From positions 1,240,001 through 1,304,000 of the forward strand of contig CM074823.1 of the NCBI GenBank assembly GCA_037447605.1: a stretch of 64,000 nt of DNA, written 5' to 3'. Positions 36,129 through 63,339 of this stretch are shown here, one piece after another (the stretch's first letter is position 1; every line of letters starts with the position of its first letter). The stretch is from Zygnema circumcarinatum SAG 698-1b. Taxonomy: Eukaryota > Plantae > Zygnematophyceae. Below the pieces are notes generated by a model. The model was not told the DNA's origin. It ran no database searches and worked only from the letters and a program-made list of their open reading frames with translations. The position numbers and the translations under genes are program-made.

Positions 36129-39100
36129 CATACATACATACATACATACATACATGCATGCATGTGTATTTTGTATGTATGCATGCATATGTGAACAAAA
36201 CAGAACAGAACATAACAGAACATGTGCACATATGCATGCATGCATGCATGTTGCTACTTATTTTGGCATTGCCGTTTGGTTCATCGCAGATGTATTTGGC
36301 ATCAGGCGGCGGTTCGATATTCAACACTCGAATTTTTTGTGGCGTATCAAGCACTGTACGTGCGGACCTCCATTTTTGCATTAAAAAAAAAACCCATAAT
36401 TCTGCTCATCCTTGCGTCGTCGATAAACGCTTCCTGCAAAAAATACAACATCTGAAGTATGTAACAAGAGTGTAAATCTGAAGTAAGAGAAAGCTAAAGC
36501 GAGCTATGTTTCAGCATGTTTGTATGCTTTATTTTTATTCCGTTTCTACCCTCGTCTTCCCATACATATATTATCGCTTCCCGCGGCCAAACCAATTTTT
36601 CATTCATTCGCTGCTTTTGAGATGAATGGTGCTCTCACTCACTCAGGGCTGTGTACGTCCCTCCCAAGACGTGTGACGTGACGTGACGTGACGTGACGTG
36701 ACGTGACAGCATGACATGAGATGGTGACATTACGTGACGTGACATGACATGACGTGACATGACAGCATGACATGAAATGGTGACATGACATGAGGTGACA
36801 TGACATGACGTGACGTGACAGCATGAGATGATTTGAGATGCTGACGTGACATGACGTGACGTGACGTGACATAACGTGACATGACAACCTGACATGACTT
36901 AGAGATGGTGACATGACGTGACACGACATGACATCACACGACTTGCGATGATGTGACGTGACATCACATGACATGACATTACATGACATGACGTGACCCT
37001 TGGTGCGCAGGAACTCGAATTCGATGCAGCGCAAAACACGATCAAGTTGCAACGGCACGATATCGCTTCTTTGGAACACGACCTCGCGCTGGCGAGGGCG
37101 GACCTCGAGGTCTACAAAGCCAAAGTTGAAAGCTTGAAGGGGAGAGCGAACAATAGTGGGAGGGAGGGAGAGGGAGAGGGAGAGGGAGAGAGAGGGGGAG
37201 AGAGAGGGGGAGGAGAGGGAGAGGGAGGAGGGGGAGGAGGTGGGAGCAGAAATGTAAATAGTTTCGAGGCGGAGTCAAGCGAGGTATCGGAAATTTTGGA
37301 GAGGAAAAGAAGTACGGACGATTGGGATGTGAGTGAATGTTCATTTGGGCCAATGGGGTGCCGCCACGTGCAGCCTTCTGATTGGCTGCATGCACTAGTT
37401 GTTGGGGTTTTTTGTTCACACGGAAAACAGTTGGCTGGAGGGTCCCTCTTCTCCATTTTTTTTAGCCCTTCTGAAAAATGGGGTACAAATGCTATTAGGA
37501 GTTCTTGGTCACAAAACTGCAAACCCCAAAACCCCAAAACTACAAACTGCAATCCTTAAACCTTAAACCTTAAACCTTAAACATTTCACATATTCAGAAT
37601 CATCAAAAAGTTGCCAATTTTTTATGCATGAGAGGAGGAGGCCCTTATTGACTTTATGGAGGTTTTTTTTGTTAGCATGCAGGGAGGTGCCACGTGGCAG
37701 GCTCGCATTGGAGCAGGGCGCCACAACCTTTCGAGCTTCCATCCAATCAGCGCAGGGAACCCTGCCACGTGGCGGCAGCGCTCCTTTGCGCCGCACGGGA
37801 CACACTCCTTCCTGCAGTACAGGTGCTCTCCCTCTCTCTCTCTCCCCCTCTCTGTCTCGCTCTCTCCATCATTTTTCTCCCTCTCTCTCTCCCCTCTCCC
37901 TCTCCCTCTCCCTCTGTCTCTCTGTCTCGCTCTCTACCTCATTTTTCTCCATCATTTTTCTCCCTCTCTTTCACCCCCCTCTCTCTCTCTCTCCCTCTCT
38001 CTTCTCCGTCTCCTTTTCTGTCGCTCACTCGTGCTCCCTCTTCCTCTATTGGTCATCTCTCTTTGTGTCTCTTCTCTTCCTCTCTGTCTGGTTGTCTTCC
38101 CTCCTTTCGATTCCTTCCCTTCCCTTTTCAATTCTTTCCTTTCCTCCTTCCTTTCCTCCCTTCTCTCTCCCCTTCAATCTCTCTTTCCTTCTGTCTCTCT
38201 CTCCCCCTCACTCCCTCCCCCTCACTTTCTCCCCTTCTCTCTCTCCCCCTCACTTTCTTCCCTCTCCTCTCCCCCCCTCACTCTCTCCCCCTCACTTTCT
38301 CCTCTCCACTCTCTCCCCCTCACTTTCTTCCTCTCCCCCCCTCACTCTCTCCCCCTCACTTTCTCCTCTCCACTCTCTCCCCCTCACTTTCTTCCCTCTC
38401 CTCTCCCCCCCTCACTCTCTCCCCCTCACTTTCTCCTCTCCACTCTCTCCCCCTCACTTTCTTCCCTCTCCTCTCCCCCCCTCACTCTCTCCCCCTCACT
38501 TTCTCCTCTCCACTCTCTCCCCCTCACTTTCTCCTCTCCACTCTCTCCCCCTCACTTTCTCCCATCTTCCCCCCCTCACGCTCTCCCACTCACTTCTCCC
38601 CCTCCTCCCCTCTCTCTCTCCCCCACACTTTCTCCCTTCCTCTCTCTCCCCCTCACCCGCTTCCCCCTCTCTCTCTCCCTCTCTCTCCCTCTCCTGCATT
38701 GGCCCTTCCTTCCCCTCACCCTTTGCTTGGCAGTGCCTATCGGCTCAACCCCCAAAAAATCATAGTCACGGGTTTAACGGATTCCCGAACGGCGGCGGAA
38801 CTGAAACCAGTCACATGTGAATGGAGAGGCCTCAAAGGCCAAATTGTGAAGGGCGGACTCACTCATGTGTTCGAGCCATATCACGATCATAAACAGGTGT
38901 GAAATTCGTATCTTTTTTAAACTTTGTTTTATTTTTTTGTGGGTTTTTTGTATGTCGGTGTACAGGATAAAATGCTGTTAAACTGCTATCTCTCCCCCCT
39001 TCTTTTTTTTTTTTTTTTTTGGAGTTTTTATTATTTGTAGGGAGGGTGTTTTTCTTGGTGGTTTTGGGTAGCGATGGTTCTTGAATAGGGTTTTATGAAT

Positions 39101-41178
39101 TTTCCGAGGTATCCGTGAGAGGGAGAGGGAGAGGAGGGAGGGTGTGGAAGAGGGAGAAGGATAGGGAGAGGGGGAGGGAGACGAGAGAGGGAAAGGAAGA
39201 GGACGAGGGAGTGGGAGTAGGAGTGGGAGTGGGAGTGGGAGAGGGAGAGGGAAGGGGAGAGAGGGAGGGAGAAGAGAGATGGTGCGGAGTGGGAGTGGGA
39301 GAGGGAGAGGGAGAGGGAGAGGACGGAGAGGGGGAGGAGGGAGAGGGAGAGGGAGGGAGAAGGGNNNNNNNNNNTAAAAAAAAAAAAAAAAAAAAAAAAA
39401 ACACTGGTAGGTCGGTCAGGAGGGTTAAAAAATAGAGCTTTGGAAGTTTACTTAAAGGCGAGCAAGGTTGGGATGACGGATCTGCTGTTGACTTAATGGA
39501 GGAGGATGTTGTTAGTTCGGGGATGGGGAGGGAGAAAGTGGGGAAGAGGAGAGGGGAAGAAGAAGGAGAGGGAGAGGAACAGGGAGAGGGAAGGGGAATG
39601 GGTTGAAAAGGGATAGGGGGAGTGTGCGATGGCGAGTGGGTGGAGGGAAAGTGGGGGGGGGGAGGGAGAGGGAGTGAGAGATTGAGGGAGGGAAGGAGTT
39701 AGGAGAGGGGAAGGCAGAGAACATAGGTCCTTTACAAACGAAATTACACCTCTCTCTCTCCCACTCTCTCTCCCACTCACTCTCTCCCCCTCTCTCTCTC
39801 CCACTCTCTCTCTCCCCTCTCACTTTCATGTTCCACCACCTTTCTCCCTCCCTCTCCCCCTTCTCTCCTCTCCCCTCTCCCCATCTCCCCCTCTGCCTCC
39901 CCTTCTTCACTCTCACTCTCCACTCCTCTCTCTCTACCCCTTTGTGCTTCTTGCAGCTTCAAGGTGAACCGGAGCAATTCAAGTATGAATTGTCGTATTG
40001 TGGACCTCCAATGCATGGCCCCCAAAATGCTCAAAGTATTTTCCAATGGATCGAATATCACAGGGTTTACGTTGGACTCGATAAAATGGTTTTTTATGAT
40101 ATTAATTCCATAGATGAAAAAATGCGTCAAATTTTGGCGCCGTATGTGGAGAAGGGTTGGCTGGAAATCGTGGATATCTCGTCATTGATGTCATTCGAAG
40201 TTTTTTATTTCGGACAGGTATGCGTAAAGTCAAATCTTAAAGTCAAGCCATAAAGTGAAGTTATAAAGTCAAGTCTGACTGCTGGAAGCTTAAAGAGTTT
40301 TTTTTATGGACGAAGAATATGGTTTTATCTCAAAAACATGTAAAAAAAAATGTGCAGAAGGGATTTAAACACATCAATAATGATGAAAACGAAAGGATCA
40401 CTATCTGAAAAGGGAAGTTTCGATAAAGTTACGTTTGGTAAAGTCAAATAGTCTGTCTCCAATCCCGTCCTCCTCTCCCCCCCCTTTCCCTTCCCTCCCC
40501 ATATTCTCCCCCCCTCCCCCTTTCCCCCCTCCCTCTCTCCCCCCTCTCCCTTCCCTCCCCACCTTCTCCCCCCCCTCCCCCTTTCCCCCCTCCCTCTCTC
40601 CCCCCTCTCCCTCCCCCCCAACTACTCTTCCCTCTCTCCCCCATCTCTCCCCTCTCTCCCTTCCCCCCACCCACNNNNNNNNNNCCTCTTTCTCTCCCCC
40701 ATCTCTCCCCTCTCTCCCCACTCTCCTCCCCCCCACCCACTCCTCCCTCTCTCCCCCATCTCTCCCCCCTCTCCCTCCCCCCCACCCACTCCCCCCTCCC
40801 TCTCTCCCTCCCTCCTCCTGCAGACCCTCATGATCCACGACTGCATCTTCCGCCTCATGTTGGAATCCCGGTGGGTCATTTTACATGACTTCGACGAATA
40901 TTTGGAAGTTGTTCCTCCCCACACTCTAAAGGGAATTTTGGACGAACGGAAATCGGACGCATGGATAAGCCACGGAGCAGTGTATTGGGATATATCGCGA
41001 TGTATCGAGGACGAGGAGGAGGAGAAGGGCGAAGACGATGAGAGCAAAAAGTGGTTCATAGAACGAATGGTTTACCGTCAGCCCAAACCTTACTGCTTTG
41101 ACTCAAAGGAAGAGAACACTGATCTATGTGAAGGATGGAGGGGACATCGGAAACTTATCGTCAACCCGAGAAAGGTAA

Positions 41179-41219
<41 letters not shown>

Positions 41220-42053
41220 CCCCTATGTCTATCTGTCAGTGTCGCTGTTTCACCTCTTTCTCTCTGTCTATCTGTCCCTTTCCCTCTGTTTCTATCTCTG
41301 AATGTCTCTCTCTGTTTTTCCTCTTTTGTTACTCTCTTTGGAGATCTCTCTCCTCCCCACTCTCCTGCTGTCTGAACCCTACCTCCTCTCTCCCTCTCTC
41401 CACCTCCCTCTCCCGCTATTTCCCCTGCTCATCCATCTCTCTCTCTCGCTATTCCCCATGCTCATCCTACTCTCGTTATCGCCTCTATGTCTGTCCCCCT
41501 CCCCCTCCCCCTCCCCCTCCCCCTCCCCCTCCCCCTCCCCCTCCCCCTCCCCCTCTCCCCCCTCCCCCTCCCCCCCCTCTCTCCCTCTCCCTCTCCCTCT
41601 CCCTCAGATCACCTACCAACAAGTCCACCTCGCCCTCATCTACGAGGGGTCGGTCTCCCACCTTAATGCCTCCTCCCTCCTCCGCCACAACCACTTTCGC
41701 GGTCTCAACGAGGCACTCTCTCCCGTCCGCTGCTCCTCTCTCGTGGGGAGGGAGGAGGGGAGAGAGGAGGGGAGGGAGGCGGAGGGAGGGAGGTGGCGGA
41801 GTGACCTTCACCTCTCCGCCCTCGTGAGGAGGATAAGGAAGAGCGCGGCGACCACGTTTCCGGAGGTGAGGGAGGGAAGAGAGGGAGGGAGGGAAGAGGG
41901 GGAGGGAGAGAAGAGAGGGAGGGAGGGAAGAGAGGGAGGGAGAGAAGAGAGGGAGGGAGGGATTAGGGTTGAGTTTGAGTTCTGGTTTTGTGGAGTGGTT
42001 TAGGGATCGGAGGGTCAGAGGGGAATTAGGGTTTATTGAAGGTTTTTCTTACG

Positions 42054-42130
<77 letters not shown>

Positions 42131-42235
42131 CTCTCTCGACTCGTTTATTCTCAACTTAACTTTTGGACCTGATTTCTGTCGCAGGTTTTAGGAATGAGTG
42201 GAAAAACCGTCCATCACTTCCGAGGGAACTTGTAG
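34684..42235 (+). CDS. Glycosyltransferase family 92 (GALS/beta-1,4-galactan-synthase-like, DUF23) type II membrane protein
   Basis: Well-supported exons: 37011-37328, 37683-37822, 38734-38896, 39957-40217, 40824-41174, 41608-41865. These carry FLQYSAYRL..IIVTGL, YELSYCGPPMHG...FQWIEYHR, MIHDCIFR...WVILHDFDEYL (DxD motif), HRKLIVNPRK and HNHFRG. Proposed 5' exons are 34684-34692, 35026-35038, 35292-35341, 36290-36355 and (36647-36652); they give MDRDRGSTQLVICALVVLGLVGFEMYLASGGG, a short tail plus transmembrane helix. Proposed last exon is 42185-42235. One internal segment near the gap at 39365 is unresolved. Confidence 0.85.
35810..36155. repeat. (CATA)n tetranucleotide microsatellite in a GT92 intron
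   Basis: About 345 nt with occasional TATA variants, flanked by TGCA-rich sequence. Confidence 0.95.
36673..36996. repeat. (CRTGA)n pentamer array in a GT92 intron
   Basis: Interspersed CGTGA/CATGA units run up to the acceptor at 37010. Confidence 0.9.
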
Positions 42236-42970
42236 ATCGGCAAATTTGTGACTCCCTGTGCATCTCTCTCTCACACTTACTCTCCCTCTCGCTCTCCCTC
42301 TCCCACTCTCTCCCTCTCCCACTCACTCTCCATCTCCAACTCTCCCTCTCCCACTTCCCTCTCTCACTCCCTCTCCCTTTCCCTCGCCCTCTCCCTCTCC
42401 CACTCTCCCTCTCCCTTTCCCTCGCCCTCTCCCTCTCCCACTCTCCCTCTCCCACCCTTTCTCTCCCACTCCCCTCTCCCTCTCCCTCTCCCTCTCCCTC
42501 TCCCTTTTCCTTCCTCTCCTCTCCTTTCCCTCGCCCTCTCCCTCTCCCTCTCCCTCTCCCTCTCCCTCTCTCTCCCTCTCCCTCTCCCTCTCCCTCTCCC
42601 TCTCCTCTCCCTCTCCCTCTCCCTCTCCCTCCCTCTCCCTCTCCCTCTCCCTCCCTCTCCCTCTCCCTCTCCCTCTCCCTCTCCCTCTCCCTCTCCCTCT
42701 CCCTCTCCCTCTCCCTTCCCTCTCCCTCTCCCTCTCCCTCTCCCTCTCTCTCCCTCTCCCTCTCCCTCCCTCCCTCCCCCTCCCATTGTGAGTTAGCCCC
42801 AACATTCTTCCCTCGTTGGGTCCTCCTCCAATCAAATTCCAATTGCCGAGTACCATCGCTTGGTCGGTCATTGTCATTTTAAATTCTTTTTGGGACCACT
42901 CTAATTGCCTTCAAATCGCCGAAGGGAAAGAAAAGGAGTAATCCCATCATTCATTGAGCACGCACTCCAA

Positions 42971-43053
42971 TTTTAGGGTTTTAGGGTTTAAAGGATGTAG
43001 GGTTTAAAGAATTTAGGGTTGAGGGTTTAAGAATTTAGGGTTTAGGGTTTTAG
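42971..43053. repeat. Degenerate interstitial telomere-like (TTTAGGG) tract
   Basis: TTTTAGGG/TTTAGGG variants between the GT92 and MyTH4-FERM genes. Confidence 0.75.
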
Positions 43054-44084
43054 AAAGTTGAGATGGTTTTATTTTAGCGATGGCTCGAACAATCAATGTG
43101 ACTACAACCTTTCGGAAATTTTGGTCACGGTTTTGAAAACCTTAGTTGTAGTAACGGTGGTCATGGTTAACCACCTAGTCAACGGTCAACCTACGCAGTA
43201 CCAAACTCCTCACAGACGTGGAACGGCCGTAATCTCTATGTGGAAAATTTCGTAAAACGGGTTTAGTGAAAATTCAGGATTGGAACAAGAATTGGACGCT
43301 GTCGTTTTTGCTATTTTCAACCTATCGCGTGCCCCCACGTCAGCCCAACTTTCAAGATTCAAATTTTGGAGTTGGCGCTAAAGCGTTCAAATTCGAGTTT
43401 TCGATTTCGATTTGACCGTTTTAAACAACCCGTGCCAGCGGGTCGGCTTGACTTGCCCGTCAATGACGGTGAGATCGGAAAGTTCAAAATTCACCCATTG
43501 TTGCAATCTTATTGGACGCGTCACAGCGGGCAGTGTTAGAAACATTTACTTAATGCCCGGCTTACATCTCAACTGGAACCCTGACATGGAACATGAGATC
43601 CGTAACTGACGCAGTTCAGTTGTAACCATGAACAACACATGGAATGGGCACCCTCCAGGAAAATCTGCAGAGCTCTCACTCTCTCTCTCCCTCTCTCTCT
43701 CGATCTCTTACCACCCTCACTCTCCCTCTCGCTCCCTCTATCTCGCTCACCCTCTCTCTCCCTTTCTCCGTCCCTCTCCCTCACTCTCTCTCTCCACTCC
43801 CCCTCTCCCCTCTCCCCTCTCCTCTCTCCCCTCCCTCTCTTCCTCCGTATCTTATCTCTCCCGATCTCTCATCAGCCTCTCTCCTTCCTCGCTCTCTGTC
43901 TCCTTCTTTCTCTCCCTCTCCTTCTCTCTCCTCCCCCTCCCTCTCTCTCCTCCCTCTCCCTCTCTCTCCACCCTCTCCCTCTCTCTCCTCCCTCCCTCAG
44001 CGCAGCGAACAGAAGAGCAGGACGCATTTCAAGGGATAATAGTTTTTAGGGTTTCGAGAAGCTTCTATTTTCCTTCCAAACATA

Positions 44085-44164
44085 GTGCCACGTGTCGTCT
44101 GGAAGGGGTGCCAGGTGTTCGCTGAGCAGAGTGCCACGTGTCGCCAGGGGGCGGGTGCCACGTG
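44085..44164 (+). promoter_or_regulatory. Four GTGCCA(C/G)GTG G-box/ABRE-like motifs at 23-24-nt spacing immediately before the ATG
   Basis: Copies start at 44085, 44108 (CAGGTG variant), 44131 and 44155; the ATG is at 44170. Confidence 0.5.
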
Positions 44165-44169
44165 GCAGC

Positions 44170-53812
<9,643 letters not shown>

Positions 53813-54818
53813 GGGAGAGAGAGTGACAGGGGTAGGGGCACTCTCTCTCTCTCCCCGCTTTGCTTCTCCTGGTGGGAGAAGCCGTGGAGGAGACAAGTTA
53901 AAATTCGTGAAGATCGAGGTGCGGGTGAACGGTCTACACATCCCCTCCCTCTTTTTTCTCTCTCTCTCTCCCTCCCTCTTTCTCTCCATCTTTACCCTTC
54001 TTTCTTCTCTCTCCCTCCCTGTCCCATTCTTTTGCTCTCGTTCCCTCCTCTCTCTCCGTCCTCCTCTCCTCCCTCTCTAATCCCCTTCCCCTCTCTTTCA
54101 TTCGCCCCCGATCTCTCCCCATCCCCTCTCTCTCTCACACACTCTCTTTCTCTCTCTCACCCGTCTGCAAGTGACTGGAAGAGAGTAGCACAGTCAATAA
54201 GTGGTGACTGTTCCCTGTGGACCCCATTCCGTGATACGAATAAATTGATTTCACGAAAAAAGCCGTGAATCGTAATTTTAGTGTGGGGACGGTTAAGGGA
54301 TGATTTTTTTAATTATTGGGTGGAAGGTAAAATCATCAAAAGAAGTCAATCAGGCCAGCAATTTTTTTTTTTTTGTCCAAATATTTTTTTCTGTCCGGGG
54401 TTCACAGTAGAAAAGGGCAGCATTAGCGGTTTAAAGGCGTTCTTTGTAGAACTACTAAAGTGAACTGTTTTTCAGTTCCAGTTTCAGTTCCGTTTGTTTC
54501 CCAAGGCTTGAAAAAGAAATTCTATTTAGAAAATTTAGAGAATTCTGTCTAGAAATTTGACTTGATTTGGCTTGACTCCACTTGACTTGACTTGTCTTGA
54601 CTTGACTTTGCTTGCCTATAGAAGGGTTGAATAGACTCACATTGTCAGAGTTCAACTTTAAGGCGAGCTCAAATGTCCGGATCTTAAAGTCAATTGAAAT
54701 AAATTCATAAAAAAATAAATTAAATAAATTCATGTGGTTCAAAATCAAGTTGAGATAAGTTGCAACATTGAGAAAGGGAAAAAAAAGAAACAGGTCAAAA
54801 ATTAAAATTTTAATTCTT

Positions 54819-60966
<6,148 letters not shown>

Positions 60967-61489
60967 GCTCTCTCTCCCTCTCACTCTCTCACTCTACCTC
61001 TCTCGCTCTCTCTTTCACTCTCTTGCTCTCGCTCTCTCTCACTCTCTCGATGGATCTATGTCTCTCCCACCCCCTCCCCTCCCTCCCCCTCCTTCACTCT
61101 CCCTCTACCCCCTCTCACGCTCACCCCCTCCAATTCCCTCGTCCCACCATTTCCCCCTCACTTCTCCTCCACATTCTCCCTCTCCCTCCCCGTCCCCACT
61201 CTTACTTCTCCCTCTCCCTCTCTCTCTTTAAACTCTCCTCTCCCCCTCTCTAAGCCTTTCCCATTCCCTCTCCCTCTCTCTATCAGTTTCTCTCTCTCTC
61301 CCCCTCTCCCTCTCCCTCGTCTTCTCGCTAACCCTCTCCCTCTCCCCCCCTCTCTCTCCCTCTCCCTCTTCTTCTCGCTAACCCTCTCCTCTCCCGCTCT
61401 CCCTCTCCCACTCTCTGCTTCCTCTCCCCTGCCCTCTTCCACTCCCTCCCTTTATACTTGATCTTCAGCCTCCGTAAAGATAGCGAAAG

Positions 61490-61580
61490 GGGCGCCACGT
61501 GGCGCAACAAGTCAGGAAACTCGTCCTACGTGGCGCCGAGTGATTCGTTGACAACTCGAAGCGGGCAGGACACGTGGCGA
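61490..61580. promoter_or_regulatory. ABRE/G-box cluster ~620-710 nt upstream of the GT61 ATG
   Basis: 14-bp palindrome GCGCCACGTGGCGC near 61492, TACGTGGC near 61528, CACGTGGC near 61572. Confidence 0.45.
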
Positions 61581-62778
61581 TCAACGAACGGTCGGATGCT
61601 GGTCCTTCGCAAGTGCGAGGAGCGACACCCATTCGTCAGGTCCAGATCCTAAAATCTTGATCTTCCGAGAAGCCGACAAGGAAGGCGACAGCGCGCAAGA
61701 TTTGAAATTCTACAAAAGACAAAATTTCTAGATTCTTCAAATCTTCAAAATCTCGAAATTTAGAATCTTTTAGATTTTATAAATCTGATCCGAGGATCTG
61801 GTCGTAAGTCAAAGGACAGCTTTGCAGATTTTTCTCATTCACCCAATCACATAAACGTACAGAAACTAATCATCACTGCCATACATCTTACGTACGGCAG
61901 TCCCTGGTTTCCCTCTCCCTCCCTCCCTCTGCCCTCCCCTCTCTCTCTCCCGCCCTACCACTCTCCTCCCTCTCCCTCCCTCTCCCTGCCTCCCTCTCTC
62001 TCCCGCCCTACACTCTCCTCCCTCTCCCTCCCTCTCCCTGCCTCCCTCTCTCTCTCCCGCCCTACTACTTTCCTCCCTCTCCCTCCCTCTCCCTGCCTCC
62101 CTCTCTCTCACCCGCCCTACCACTCTCCTCCCTCTCCCTCAGTCTCCCTGCCCCCCTCTCTCTCTCTCCCGCCCTACCACTCCTCCCTCTCCCTCCCTCT
62201 CCCTGCGTCGCTCTCTCTCCCCCGCCCTACCACTCTCTCCCTCCCTCTCTCCCTCCCTCTCTCTCCCTCCCTCCCTCTCCTTCCCTCCCTCTCCCTCCTC
62301 TCTCTCTCTCCCTCCCTCCCCCTCCCTCCCTCCCTTCCCTCCCTCCCTCCCCCACTCAAAACACCGTGTTCAACACGGAGAGGAAAGAGGGAGAATGGGC
62401 GAGCGAGAGAGAGAGAGAGAGGGAGAGGGGGGTGTGTGCGCAAACGGGTACGGATACCATGTACGGATGTTCGCAAATCTCGATAAAGTCTTATCATGCC
62501 TAAAAGGCCAAAAATACAAAGCAGTAAAACAACAGAAACAAAAAAAAAATCTGAGCTAAAGCTCAAAACCAAGACTGTTAAGGGGTACAAATGCTCTTCA
62601 AATTTCTCTTTACAACCCACACCTTAAAGCGTTAGTTCCATGTTCCATGTTCCATGATCCACTGTTCAGTCGTTCACATGTGACCACTGTTTGCCTGAAA
62701 CTGAATGAGAGAACAGAACGGACCAAAACGGAACTGAACAGAATCCGTCACATGGAACTCCGCCCCCAATTTTTTCAT

Positions 62779-63329
62779 TCATCCGAGGATGGTCTCCGTC
62801 CACTGCTTCGGAAAAAAATCGCCAAATACAAATTTGAGAACACTCAAATCCTTCCCTTTCACTCCATCTATTCCATACCCTCTCACTATGGGGGTACTCA
62901 CTCCCACCCTCCCTACCTCCGCCATTCTCTTCCTCTTCCGCTTCAACAGCTCAGAGGACCTCTCCTCTCCCTCCCCCTCTCTCCTTCCCTCTCTAACCTC
63001 TTCCTCTCCCTTCTCTCCCCCACTCCCTTCCCTCTCTCTCCCCACCCTAACCTCTCTCTCTCTCTCTCCCTCACCTCCGTCTCCAGCTCTCTTCCCATCC
63101 ACCTTCTCCTCCTCCTCCTCCTTCCCTCCCCACCACCTATGATCCTCCCCTCCCAATCCTTCACTCGGAAACCCCAAATTGAACGAATTTAAGTACGATT
63201 TTAGCCCCTTCCTCTGATCGAGAGCTACTCGTTTCGAATTCGGGAGAGGGAGAGGATAGGGGTAAGGAGAGTCTGGAGGGTGATTTGGATACGGAGAGAA
63301 CATAGAGAAGGCTTGAGAGGGAAGCCCAC
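62779..63329 (-). CDS. Unassigned open frame truncated by an N gap (possible terminal exon)
   Basis: About 183 stop-free codons from the gap to a stop at 62779, including non-repetitive parts and ELLKRKRKR. A competing plus-strand ORF (62647-63192) overlaps it. No family recognised. Confidence 0.2.
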
Positions 63330-63339
63330 NNNNNNNNNN

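Noticed and set aside
35618-36475. ORFs of HTYI/MYVC repeats and the 36635-37079 SCHV-type ORFs
   Set aside because: Products of the (CATA)n and (CRTGA)n intronic repeats.
61458-61652. 64-aa plus-strand ORF (and its copy at 63440-63634) as a gene
   Set aside because: Short with no recognisable motif; it coincides with the G-box-rich upstream region of GT61, and its second copy is part of the gap-adjacent duplication.
62789-63260. TGA read-through (selenoprotein-like) extension of the plus ORF at 62789
   Set aside because: It would need two read-throughs, there is no redox motif context or evident SECIS, and indel errors are a simpler explanation.
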